This document shows positions 18,733 through 27,824 of a stretch of 64,000 nt of DNA, piece after piece. The notes below the pieces were generated by a model, which did not search any database, was not told where the DNA came from, and worked only from the letters and a program-made list of their open reading frames with translations. Each line of letters begins with the position of its first letter. The stretch's first letter is position 1. This DNA is from an uncultured bacterium (GTDB lineage Bacteria > Patescibacteriota > Minisyncoccia > Phycocordibacterales > UBA11359): contig CAIKZC010000009.1 in assembly GCA_903831815.1 (NCBI GenBank), positions 5,576 through 69,575 of the forward strand, given 5' to 3'. A program made the position numbers and the translations under genes.

Positions 18733-19500
18733 ATGTCTTCGATTATGGTCTTCGGCGCCAACTGCTTAGTTGGTATCGAATCGTACAAGGTTCTGACTTT
18801 GAAACACAAGGTCACACCTTGTGTCGATACAGTGGAGAGTAAGGAGCGATTCTTGGGACTCATCGGAAAAGAGACCGATCATGACGTCAGAACATCGGTC
18901 GCTGTCGCAGACGTGAAAGCATCTCAGCGGTGTCGGAAAGCAATCGCGCTTGCCGCCCCGGACGTGGTGATATATTGCATTGGTTCGTATCCGTATCCGG
19001 ACCATCCTCAGGATCCAAAGTTCTGGACGGAATTGATATCGGATGGATTTGAAAGCCTCAGCACCACAGTTGATCTGTTGCCGGCGAGACCGAGGCCGAC
19101 CTTTATCGTAATCGGTTCAACCACATCTGACCTACTGGCCGACAATTCGGGAAAGATTCGTCCTCCGTTTTGGTCGATGATCGAGTCTTTCGCAAATGCT
19201 CACCATCACCTACAAAAAAGGATTGGTGAGTTACGATGTAAATCAAAGGATCCAAATGAGCGAAGGATTATCCATCACCTGAGGATTCCCGCCCTGCTCG
19301 TCGGCTCCTCATTCTACAAGCACATCTCCGCCGGAGTGCGATCCGGGAGCAAATGCACAACGGTGAAAGCTATCCTGGCTGAGCTAACACTTATCTGCAA
19401 TCACTATCAATCTCTGACGGAGAGCGAAGACATTGATGTCGCAGACAGGAACTGCAAAGACACTACCATAAATTCTGCGGAAGTTGCCGTTCTTGCTTAA
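18733..19500 (+). CDS. NAD(P)-binding Rossmann-fold protein (atypical SDR/NmrA-like reductase); GC-shifted
   Basis: N-terminal MVFGANCLVG glycine motif. GAGAGGA lies 6 nt upstream of the ATG at 18733. Confidence 0.45.
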   Translation: MSSIMVFGANCLVGIESYKVLTLKHKVTPCVDTVESKERFLGLIGKETDHDVRTSVAVADVKASQRCRKAIALAAPDVVIYCIGSYPYPDHPQDPKFWTELISDGFESLSTTVDLLPARPRPTFIVIGSTTSDLLADNSGKIRPPFWSMIESFANAHHHLQKRIGELRCKSKDPNERRIIHHLRIPALLVGSSFYKHISAGVRSGSKCTTVKAILAELTLICNHYQSLTESEDIDVADRNCKDTTINSAEVAVLA

Positions 19501-19566
19501 TTCATGAAGAATCACCTAGCGTGAAAACTCGAGTTGGTTGCACTTATCGCGACTGACTCGATTTTT

Positions 19567-20964
19567 TTATTTCTTAACGTTTATTTTAATACCGAGTTCC
19601 GTGAGTTGTTCCGGATCAGCTTCGGCCGGTGATTCCATCATCAAGTCTCGGCCTTCGCCAGTTTTTGGAAAGGCAATCGTTTCGCGAATGTTTGGTTCGT
19701 TTTCAAGCAACATCATCAAGCGGTCAAAGCCCCAAGCAATGCCACCGTGCGGAGGCGTACCCCAAGCAAAAGCCTGCAAGATGTGACCAAAGTTTTTCTC
19801 AATTCGCTCGTCGGTGTAGCCCATAATTTTGAAGACTTTTTTCAAAGCCTCCGGTTGATGATTTCTGATACTACCACCACCGATTTCAAAACCGTTGAGC
19901 GCTACGTCATATTGTGTGGTCAAAATTTCCGGAATCTTTTCTTCTTTCATCAACCATTCCATATGTTCAGGTTTTGGTGCAGAGAAAGGATTGTGGGTAA
20001 AAGTCCAACCACCTTTATCGCTTTTCTCAAAGAAAGGAAAATCAATGACCCAGCAGAATGCCAATAAGTTTGGATTGTTTTTGTCTTTTCGAATATCCGG
20101 CTTGTCGCTGTTATATTTCTCCATCGCTTCAGCATAGGTGAGACGAGGAAATGGAATTTCTTGAATTTCTTTTTCTGGGTACAGAGTTTTAACTAGTTTG
20201 ATTAGTAGATCTTCGTTGACAGCCATGACATCTTCACGTTTTACAAAACTCATCTCCATGTCGAGTTGAGTAAATTCCGGCTGACGATCACCACGCGTGT
20301 CTTCATCGCGCATGCAACGAGCGACTTGGAAATATTTTTCCATGCCGGCCGTCATGAGCAACTGTTTGTATTGCTGAGGTGACTGTGGAAGTGCGTAAAA
20401 TTTACCTTGCTCGATGCGAGAAGGCACGATGTAGTCACGAGATCCTTCGGGGGTTGATTTGGTTAGGAGCGGAGTTTCGATTTCGGTAAAACCAATAGCT
20501 GAAAGTTCGTTACGGACCAATTGTGTGACCTTGAAGCGATTTCTAATATTTTTCTGCAAACGATCACGGCGCAAGTCCATGTATCGATATTTGAGTCGTG
20601 ATTCCTCGCCGATTTCTTTGCCGTCGGTCGAAAGATCGAAAGGCGGAGTTTCAGATTCATTAAGAACAGTAATCGACAAAATTTCCAGTTCAATATCGCC
20701 ATTTTGCTTTTCTTTCTGAATATTTTTTTCGGGACGTGCATTTACTTTTCCTCGTACCTCGACAACCCATTCAGGTCGAAGTTTTGAACCAACTTCATGA
20801 GCTTCTTTAGCGTTTGGTAAAATTACGCCCTGAATTTTGCCGGTCATATCACGAAAATCCAAGAAGATCATTTTGCCTTGGTCGCGACGAATGTGCACCC
20901 AGCCTTTTATGGTAGCCTCACTTCCCTTCTTAGTTTGCAAATCTTTGATATAAGTTCGTTCCAT
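19567..20964 (-). CDS. aspS: Aspartyl-tRNA synthetase (short, archaeal/eukaryotic-like type)
   Basis: QSPQQYKQLLM, class II motif 2 FRDEDTRGDRQPEFTQLD and motif 3 GGGSIRNH ... GIAWGFDRL. Start taken at the ATG (MERTYIKD..); the ORF-track TTG at 20994 is the alternative. Confidence 0.9.
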   Translation of the reverse strand: MERTYIKDLQTKKGSEATIKGWVHIRRDQGKMIFLDFRDMTGKIQGVILPNAKEAHEVGSKLRPEWVVEVRGKVNARPEKNIQKEKQNGDIELEILSITVLNESETPPFDLSTDGKEIGEESRLKYRYMDLRRDRLQKNIRNRFKVTQLVRNELSAIGFTEIETPLLTKSTPEGSRDYIVPSRIEQGKFYALPQSPQQYKQLLMTAGMEKYFQVARCMRDEDTRGDRQPEFTQLDMEMSFVKREDVMAVNEDLLIKLVKTLYPEKEIQEIPFPRLTYAEAMEKYNSDKPDIRKDKNNPNLLAFCWVIDFPFFEKSDKGGWTFTHNPFSAPKPEHMEWLMKEEKIPEILTTQYDVALNGFEIGGGSIRNHQPEALKKVFKIMGYTDERIEKNFGHILQAFAWGTPPHGGIAWGFDRLMMLLENEPNIRETIAFPKTGEGRDLMMESPAEADPEQLTELGIKINVKK

Positions 20965-21009
20965 TTTTTTGTTGTTGGCGCCCTCATGGCGCAAATTTAA
21001 ATTAAATAA

Positions 21010-21290
21010 AAAGCTAATAAAAAAATCATCCTTACAAAATTACCTATAAATAGATAACCTTGTAAGGACGATCTTGTATCGTGGTGCCACCTTACTTTGC
21101 TCTTGGAATTTTGCGTTCTACGTGAGAACTTCCTCCGCGAGCCTCGTTTATTTTTCTCAATTACCTCCCCGTTGTTAGTGGATCATAGGTGCTTATACGA
21201 TACCATAGTATTGCCAGATTTCAAATACTTGACGCTATTCAGTAAACAGCGTACAGTCAATATGTCTTTTCCTATGTTGGAGAAGAGGCT
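21010..21290 (-). promoter_or_regulatory. T-box riboswitch leader of aspS
   Basis: Read on the minus strand: the T-box sequence AGTAAGGTGGCACCACG (consensus AGGGUGGNACCGCG) at 21080-21096, then an intrinsic terminator (ATCGTCCTTACAA ... TTGTAAGGATGAT plus TTTTTTTATT). The alternative antiterminator pairs GTAAGG/CCTTAC and ACG/CGT around a 7-nt UGGCACC bulge. Confidence 0.6.
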
Positions 21291-21291
21291 T

Positions 21292-21951
21292 ATGAGTAGT
21301 AAGCCCAGAATATTGTTCTTTTTCAAGGAGAAAGCCATGAGTAGTGGCGATATCAACGCGCAGATTGCGCGTTTGTGGAAAATTCAGGCTTCACTGAATG
21401 ATCTTGTGCTTGAAGGGAAAAGAGATCCTAAGGAAGTCGCGGACGTTCTGCAAGGAATCGTTTTTTACAATTTCAGGCTCGTTCACACGTTTCATGTTTC
21501 AGTCCCTTCTGACTACGAACAGAAGTTATATTTGTGTCGATTCATCCAAGGTCACCTTCAAGAGGTTCAGGTGAATGATTCGATGTTTTGGTCAGAAGAT
21601 CCAGGGTTCATTCGAGGACAGAACTTTGAAGTGAGGATATATTCGATACCAGGGCATGCACCGTTGACCTTGTGCGCCAGATTCATGGAACAGCAAAACG
21701 CCAAGTTCCTCGGTGCTCACGGAGTAGTGTTGGCTGCTAGCAGACACCGACAACTACCTGAAGGTTTGTCGATGTCACTGTGGACTGCAGCACCAAATAA
21801 AGATGAGTACTTTAGAGCATCGACGATAGATGGAACTTCAGGCACGGCGAACAATAGAGAGAGATATGTTTTGGGTAGTTCTCGAAAAGAAGCCCAGGCG
21901 CAACACCTCCTTTGTTTTGTGGAAACGAAGTCCGAAAAGCCGACTGCGTAA
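21292..21951 (+). CDS. Hypothetical protein; GC-shifted ORFan
   Basis: RBS GGAGAAGAGG precedes the ATG at 21292; a second in-frame ATG with AAGGAGA lies at 21337. The ORF-track start at 21097 would run through the T-box leader. Followed by a strong terminator. Confidence 0.4.
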   Translation: MSSKPRILFFFKEKAMSSGDINAQIARLWKIQASLNDLVLEGKRDPKEVADVLQGIVFYNFRLVHTFHVSVPSDYEQKLYLCRFIQGHLQEVQVNDSMFWSEDPGFIRGQNFEVRIYSIPGHAPLTLCARFMEQQNAKFLGAHGVVLAASRHRQLPEGLSMSLWTAAPNKDEYFRASTIDGTSGTANNRERYVLGSSRKEAQAQHLLCFVETKSEKPTA

Positions 21952-21960
21952 ATCTGTCAA

Positions 21961-21997
21961 CAGCCGCGACCCCTTCTGGAGTCGCGGCTGGTTTTTT
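21961..21997 (+). terminator. Intrinsic terminator
   Basis: CAGCCGCGAC-N10-GTCGCGGCTG followed by GTTTTTTATT. Confidence 0.65.
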
Positions 21998-22018
21998 ATT
22001 AAAAATAATTATTTGAAA

Positions 22019-23011
22019 TTAATACAACTTCACCCCAACCTTCTCTCGGACTTCGTTCATTTTGGCTTCGGCGACTTCGCGGGCGCGGCGACCACCTTCT
22101 TGAAGGATTTCCAAAATACTTTCTTGATCGAGCGCAATGCGTTCCCTCTTTTCTCGCAACGGTTTTATAAACGCCGAAATATTTTTAATCAAAATTTCTT
22201 TGGATTCTTTGTAGCCAATACCGTCTGCCCCGCCTTTAGTATATCTTTCGGAAAGTGCAGCCAACTCTTCCGGACTAGCAAAAAGCGCATGCAAAGCAAA
22301 AATTTTGTCTGTGGCAGGATCTTTTGGCTCATCAATGCCTTTGGAGTCAGTCGGAATACTCATCACGGCTTTTTTAATCTCTTCGTCTGTGGCAAAAAGA
22401 GGAATAGTATTTTTGTAACTCTTGCTCATTTTTTGACCGTCGGTGCCAGGCACAACTTTTACGTTTTCCACAATATATTCTTTCGGTAATTTGAAAGTTT
22501 CGCCATAGACACGATTAAATTTCTCGGCCGTATCACGAGCAATTTCAACGTGTTGTTTTTGATCTTGCCCAACCGGCACAACATCCGGACTATAGAGCAA
22601 AATATCAGCAGCCATCAAAATCGGATAGTCAAACAAACCGACATTCACTTCTTTGTTTTTGGCTTCAGCATCTTTAAAAGCGTGAGCGCGCATCAAATAC
22701 GGCATGGTTGTCAGACAATTAAAAATCCAAGCCAATTCGGTATGAGCAGCAATATCAGATTGTTTGAAAAAAGTAATTTTTTTAGGATCGAGACCAATAG
22801 CCAGGTAATCGATAACTACATCAATGATGTTTTGTTTCAATTCTTCTTTATTTTGCAAAGAAGTGATGGCGTGTAGGTCGGCCACGAAAACGTAACCACT
22901 GAAAGTGTTTTGCAACTCCACAAACTGGCGCATCGCACCAAAATAATTGCCGATATGTGGCCGACCGGTCGGCTTGACGCCAGAGAGCATGATTTTTTTA
23001 CCTGAATTCAT
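22019..23011 (-). CDS. trpS: Tryptophanyl-tRNA synthetase
   Basis: KPTGRPHIGNYFG (HIGH-like) and KMSKS; length 330 aa. Confidence 0.9.
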   Translation of the reverse strand: MNSGKKIMLSGVKPTGRPHIGNYFGAMRQFVELQNTFSGYVFVADLHAITSLQNKEELKQNIIDVVIDYLAIGLDPKKITFFKQSDIAAHTELAWIFNCLTTMPYLMRAHAFKDAEAKNKEVNVGLFDYPILMAADILLYSPDVVPVGQDQKQHVEIARDTAEKFNRVYGETFKLPKEYIVENVKVVPGTDGQKMSKSYKNTIPLFATDEEIKKAVMSIPTDSKGIDEPKDPATDKIFALHALFASPEELAALSERYTKGGADGIGYKESKEILIKNISAFIKPLREKRERIALDQESILEILQEGGRRAREVAEAKMNEVREKVGVKLY

Positions 23012-23023
23012 ATCAATAATATA

Positions 23024-23731
23024 CTATCTTTTGCTCATATATGCCAGCCAAAAGTTGCGCTTGTAACTGCGACCATTAAATCGCGAATAGTTAGTCTTTT
23101 TCTCCAGTTTTTCGATCACAAAAAAATGAGAGTAGTAAGCGATGAAATCTTCTTTACTCCAAACACGTTCGGTCAGACCGATTTCGGGCATGACGTAAGT
23201 GTCAGTTTCGGGACCAGGCGAAAGTTTGATCAAATTCTTGGCGTTGTGATCGCCATCTTTGCAAAGCGTCTTTACAAAAAAGTTTCCGCCGGATTTTAAG
23301 ACGCGATGAGCTTCTTGAATATATATTTCGCGCTCATTTTCGGATAGAGAGTTGGACGACGTAACGTCTATTATCAAATCAAATTCGCCATTTTCAAACT
23401 CCAGCAACGCCCCGATATTGCCCTTAATATAGTCAATATTGCTCTCGATTCCCGCCCCTATCAGGTTGAGCTCTTTGGCTCGAGTTGCGGCAAGGAGCAG
23501 CGCAGTGCTGGATATCTCAATACCGGTCACCGTAGCCCCTTCCAGAGCCAAATAATTGGTATTTCGGCCAGTTCCACAGCCCAAATCAAGGACTCTTTGA
23601 CCAGACAAAGTCACACCTTTTTGACGCTTCAAATATTTGAAAAAATCCAAAGTATCATTTTGAGGCCGGTCATCTTTGGTGACCAATTTTGAATTTTGAT
23701 ATTCGCGCTCCCAGACCTGTTCTTGTGCCAT
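23024..23731 (-). CDS. Class I SAM-dependent methyltransferase
   Basis: VLDLGCGTGRN motif I. Confidence 0.7.
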   Translation of the reverse strand: MAQEQVWEREYQNSKLVTKDDRPQNDTLDFFKYLKRQKGVTLSGQRVLDLGCGTGRNTNYLALEGATVTGIEISSTALLLAATRAKELNLIGAGIESNIDYIKGNIGALLEFENGEFDLIIDVTSSNSLSENEREIYIQEAHRVLKSGGNFFVKTLCKDGDHNAKNLIKLSPGPETDTYVMPEIGLTERVWSKEDFIAYYSHFFVIEKLEKKTNYSRFNGRSYKRNFWLAYMSKR

Positions 23732-23807
23732 TTGAAAATGATGAATATTTAAATAAATAAAAACTTCAAAAAATCGCGCGGTTTCTTTTCTTATTTAGCC
23801 GTGTCTC

Positions 23808-24701
23808 TTACCACTGTGCCTTCCAAGCCTGTATTAAATTGTGAAAAAGCGAGGCCACAGTCATCGGTCCAACACCACCCGGCACAGGAGAAATTGCCGA
23901 AACAATATCTTTGACTGCTTCAAAATCCGCGTCGCCGACCATATGTTTCTTTGGAATTTCATTTTCCGGTTTTAAGGCGAGGCGAACTGTTTTATCCACA
24001 AAATTTATGCCCACATCCACCACTACCTGACTTTCTCGCACATGATTTTTAGTAATTAGATGCGGAGAACCGGCGGCCACGATCAAAATATCGGCTTGTT
24101 TAGTTGCTTCCGCCAAATTTTCCGTGTGACGATGACAAATTGTGACTGTTGCATTTTCGTTAAGAAGCGCTGCAGCTAAAGGTTTGCCCACCAGCATTGA
24201 ACGACCGACAATTGTAATTTTTTTGCCGTCAATCGGAATTTCATAATGTTTAAGTAAAGACAAAACTCCAAAAACTGTACCGGGGATTACCGCTTGTTCA
24301 TCACCAGCCAATAATCGTTTTACATTTTTAGCCGTCAAACCATCAACGTCTTTAATTGGATCAATCGTGTCAATAATTCTTTGTTTGTTGAGTCCCTCAG
24401 GAATCGGCAATTGCACAATAATGCCGTGAACTTGATCGTTGCGATTCATTTTGACAATTTCGGCAATCAAATCCTCTTCGGAAATTTTGGTCGGATAGAC
24501 TTCATGAATGACCGATGCGCCGATTTTTTCAGCAAAAAGTTTCTTCTGATTGATATATGAATTTGATTCGGCCAAATCCCCCACCTGCAAAATCGCCAGT
24601 TGTGGTTTAGAAATCGCGCTTTCGGCCATAGCCGTAACCACCTCGTTTTTCAAACGATCCGCTGTCAAATCCCGTAGTTTTTTGCCGTCGAGTAATATCA
24701 T
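23808..24701 (-). CDS. folD: Bifunctional methylenetetrahydrofolate dehydrogenase/cyclohydrolase
   Basis: LAILQVGDLAESNSYINQK and GKKITIVGRSMLVGKPLA FolD hallmarks. Confidence 0.9.
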   Translation of the reverse strand: MILLDGKKLRDLTADRLKNEVVTAMAESAISKPQLAILQVGDLAESNSYINQKKLFAEKIGASVIHEVYPTKISEEDLIAEIVKMNRNDQVHGIIVQLPIPEGLNKQRIIDTIDPIKDVDGLTAKNVKRLLAGDEQAVIPGTVFGVLSLLKHYEIPIDGKKITIVGRSMLVGKPLAAALLNENATVTICHRHTENLAEATKQADILIVAAGSPHLITKNHVRESQVVVDVGINFVDKTVRLALKPENEIPKKHMVGDADFEAVKDIVSAISPVPGGVGPMTVASLFHNLIQAWKAQW

Positions 24702-24724
24702 GTTTGTTTTAATTACATTAGCAC

Positions 24725-24751
24725 AAAAACCGCTATTTGTCAGCGGTTTTT
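24725..24751. terminator. Intrinsic terminator between the histidine kinase and folD
   Basis: AAAACCGCT-atttgtc-AGCGGTTTT with flanking A/T runs. Confidence 0.6.
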
Positions 24752-24764
24752 GAAAAATTAAATT

Positions 24765-26480
24765 TTAGCTCACATGCGCCACAGGCAACTCGACGTAGAA
24801 AGTGGAACCCTTGCCGGCGCCGGGAGATTCAGCCCAAATGCGGCCGCTCTGCCCTTCGATCATCAGTTTGGCGACATAGAGACCGAGGCCGGTACCGATG
24901 ATGTTGACTTCGTTGGCATTTTTTGCGCGAGAGAATTTCTGGAACAATTTTGGCATAACTTCAGGCGCGATGCCGATGCCAGTGTCACTAATCGCAAACA
25001 AAACTTTTTGAGTTTTCTCGTTGGTGGACAGAGAGACTTTGATACTGCCTTTCGGCGTGTATTTCATCGAGTTGTCAATCAAGTTGCCGATAACTTGTTT
25101 AACTTTGCCGGCGTCGGCGTAAACTTCGTGATGACCTTCGGGAATTTCAGTTTTAAGTTCAAGACCGGCGCGATCGAGGTTTGGCTTCAACTCTTTTATC
25201 GTTTCCTCGACAAGGTTTTTCATGTCGAGCGGCGCCAACTCATATTTCATCTTGCCCTGCTCAATGCGCGAAATGTTGAGGAAGTCGCCAACAATGTGCA
25301 CCAAGTTTTCGGTCGATTGGAAAACAATTTGCAAAGGTTTCTCAAGTTCTTTATTAATTGGCCCAAAGTCACCCTCAAAAACTTCGGAGAGATAGCCCTT
25401 TATAGCGGAAAGTGGCGCGCGAATCTGGTGCGTCGCCAGCGACACGAATTCTGACTTAAGTTGATCCAACTCCTTGAGTTTGTCGTTGGCATCAGCGAGG
25501 CGCGAGTTGGCTTTTTCCAGCCCCGCATTTGATTTTTCGAGTTTTGTGGCCAAGTCCTCGATTTTCTCGCGCTGAGTAATCTCCTTTTTGACGCTGCGCA
25601 TCAAGTTGATGCCAATAAAGCCGGTGATAACGAGAGTGATAGCGGTCAGAATCCTGTTTGTATTTGTGGTTATAAAGAAAAATTCGGAACCAATAAGTGC
25701 AATAAGAGCAAAAATAAGCGCTTGAGCGCCGAACATTTTAACGTTGAATGATTTAAATTTTACAATAATGTAAGAAAGGAAAGCGATAAATATAACCATC
25801 CCAAATAAACCATAAGGTGCTATGTCATAATTTGTTATGTATCCATTATCAACTAAATAACTCGCTAAAAAATCTGTAGAAAGAAACATAAATAGAAAAC
25901 ATTCCATACCTATCACAAATAGAATGTTTTTTTTATCTAAAACACTTGATCTATATTTTTTAATAAAGATAATGAGTACTCCTATAAAGGCCGCTACTCC
26001 AAAGAAATAGTAGTAATAATTAAAATAACTATTTTCAGTAGGAATACACCACACTCCGTCAAATGTTGGCAAGTTGTATTTTGTTGGGGAAATTACAAGA
26101 ATTGGGAGTAAGAGAATTAGCCATATTATTTTGGTCAATAAATGAACATCACGATTGTTTATAAAAACAAAAGTAAAGTACAAACATAGTATTGATATAA
26201 GGGCAATTAATATACCAAAAAACGACCAAAAAAACATGTAGCTAATGGAGTTGTAGCTGGTCCAAGTAATAAGGCTGAAAACAGACCACAAAGAAAAGGT
26301 TGCGGTCAGCGCAAGAAATATTTTTGACATCAAATTCTTGCTTTTAACAAAAATCGCTACTCCTAATACTAATGAAATTACTGCTACTGGAATATGAGAA
26401 TAGTAAATCAAAGAAACATTAACAGTATCTCTAACCAAATCAAAACATGTTTGTAAATCAGTTAAAAAATTGAATGTCAT
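24765..26480 (-). CDS. Sensor histidine kinase with an N-terminal multi-TM (about 8 helices) sensing domain
   Basis: H-box SEFVSLATHQIRAPLSAIKGY and the HATPase_c G-boxes GTGLGLYVAK; no adjacent response regulator. Confidence 0.8.
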   Translation of the reverse strand: MTFNFLTDLQTCFDLVRDTVNVSLIYYSHIPVAVISLVLGVAIFVKSKNLMSKIFLALTATFSLWSVFSLITWTSYNSISYMFFWSFFGILIALISILCLYFTFVFINNRDVHLLTKIIWLILLLPILVISPTKYNLPTFDGVWCIPTENSYFNYYYYFFGVAAFIGVLIIFIKKYRSSVLDKKNILFVIGMECFLFMFLSTDFLASYLVDNGYITNYDIAPYGLFGMVIFIAFLSYIIVKFKSFNVKMFGAQALIFALIALIGSEFFFITTNTNRILTAITLVITGFIGINLMRSVKKEITQREKIEDLATKLEKSNAGLEKANSRLADANDKLKELDQLKSEFVSLATHQIRAPLSAIKGYLSEVFEGDFGPINKELEKPLQIVFQSTENLVHIVGDFLNISRIEQGKMKYELAPLDMKNLVEETIKELKPNLDRAGLELKTEIPEGHHEVYADAGKVKQVIGNLIDNSMKYTPKGSIKVSLSTNEKTQKVLFAISDTGIGIAPEVMPKLFQKFSRAKNANEVNIIGTGLGLYVAKLMIEGQSGRIWAESPGAGKGSTFYVELPVAHVS

Positions 26481-27031
26481 TTATTTTTTAAATTATCAAT
26501 TTTATCTTGTAAATACATCGAAAAATGCCCTCGGTATTTCTCTTGAACAACCGCCTTCTTCCAATCTTCATCCGTAATATTACCCCTACAGTCCTTATCG
26601 CCGCATAAACACTTGAGTTTGTATGGCTTCACACCTTCTGGATGAAAAAGCACTGTCCCAAAATCTAATGTAATTTGTTCGTTTAACAAAATATCTTTAA
26701 TTGCAACAAGTAAAATTTGCCCTTTTATACCAGCATTAGCATTACAACTATGATTAAACATGGAAGCATCTTCTATTTCACTTTTTAGTTTAGCTCCTAT
26801 AACTAAATTATCATCAATTTGTATAGCATTATCATATATGTCAGGTGGTGTATTTTCCTCCTCCTTTCTAGTCATAACATAACCACCAAACATGGCGATT
26901 TTTTCACCTTTTTTTATTTCTTTTTTAGCATAAATACCCATTCCATACTTTTCAGTATTTTTTACAATAACTTTGTCACTCATCCAACAAAACATCTTTG
27001 TGCTTTTATAATTTGATTCAGTTTTTATCAT
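26477..27031 (-). CDS. SET-domain protein methyltransferase
   Basis: GMGIYAKKEIKKGEKI (N-SET GxG), NHSCNANAG (the NHSCxPN motif), ITLDFG, and a post-SET CLCGDKDCRG cluster. Its stop overlaps the histidine kinase start (ATGA). Confidence 0.7.
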   Translation of the reverse strand: MIKTESNYKSTKMFCWMSDKVIVKNTEKYGMGIYAKKEIKKGEKIAMFGGYVMTRKEEENTPPDIYDNAIQIDDNLVIGAKLKSEIEDASMFNHSCNANAGIKGQILLVAIKDILLNEQITLDFGTVLFHPEGVKPYKLKCLCGDKDCRGNITDEDWKKAVVQEKYRGHFSMYLQDKIDNLKNK

Positions 27032-27038
27032 TTAATTA

Positions 27039-27806
27039 TTATAATAACATATTTTTAACATTTTTTTGTACATCATCATCATAAGAAAACCAGAGATTGT
27101 TTTTTTCGTTTTCTTGAGGCAACAAAGGCACAATGAGCGGTTTAACTCCAAAAATTTCGGCGACCTTTTTAAAACTCGGTAGAAATTTTTCCAAGGTAAA
27201 TTTAGACTCTTCTTTTTCGCTAAATAAGAAATTTTCAAACAAAACATGATCTCTAATGAAAAGTGATAGATAATACACGTAATAATGATCTAATTCTCTG
27301 GTCTTGTTAAACCATTCTGATATATCTTTTGTATTAAAATTTTCTTCGGGAAAACGTTTACTGAGTATTTCGTGGTGAAAATCAACCATTTTTCTACCGC
27401 AAATAGTCTCGACTTCGTGTATTTTCTTACCTTCCTCCTTATTAAAATTTACAATATTTAAAGGTTCTATTTTACATCCATTTTTCTTGCCGGGACCATG
27501 GTAAAAAAACATTTTACCTAAGTGTCTTTTTTCTTGATTCTTTCCAACAAATTTACCGTGATGATATTCAAATAAACATTTATCTAGACCAATATCTTTT
27601 GAGATATCCAGAAAATACCTAAATTCTAGGTTAGGAGTTATTAATGGTTTTGATAATACCGATCTAGGTCTGTCATCACAAAGAAAGTCTGGTTTATTTT
27701 CTCCCCAAAACTTTTCCAGTTTCTTTTTTAGTTTTACGTCTTTATGTCTTCGCTTTATCTCATTTTTAGCATCTTCAAGCGAAGTATAAATATCTTCTTT
27801 TTTCAT
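27039..27806 (-). CDS. Hypothetical protein (AT-rich; His/Cys-containing)
   Basis: ORF only. It sits 7 bp upstream of the SET gene in the same orientation. Confidence 0.35.
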   Translation of the reverse strand: MKKEDIYTSLEDAKNEIKRRHKDVKLKKKLEKFWGENKPDFLCDDRPRSVLSKPLITPNLEFRYFLDISKDIGLDKCLFEYHHGKFVGKNQEKRHLGKMFFYHGPGKKNGCKIEPLNIVNFNKEEGKKIHEVETICGRKMVDFHHEILSKRFPEENFNTKDISEWFNKTRELDHYYVYYLSLFIRDHVLFENFLFSEKEESKFTLEKFLPSFKKVAEIFGVKPLIVPLLPQENEKNNLWFSYDDDVQKNVKNMLL

Positions 27807-27824
27807 TTTTAGTCTATTTAGTTT

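Noticed and set aside
24774-25454. Long antisense ORFs inside conserved genes (for example 24774..25454 in the histidine kinase, 57722..58378 in cysS, 35588..36103, 28303..28860, 22550..22876)
   Set aside because: These are frame-shadow ORFs opposite well-supported genes with no RBS or promoter of their own.
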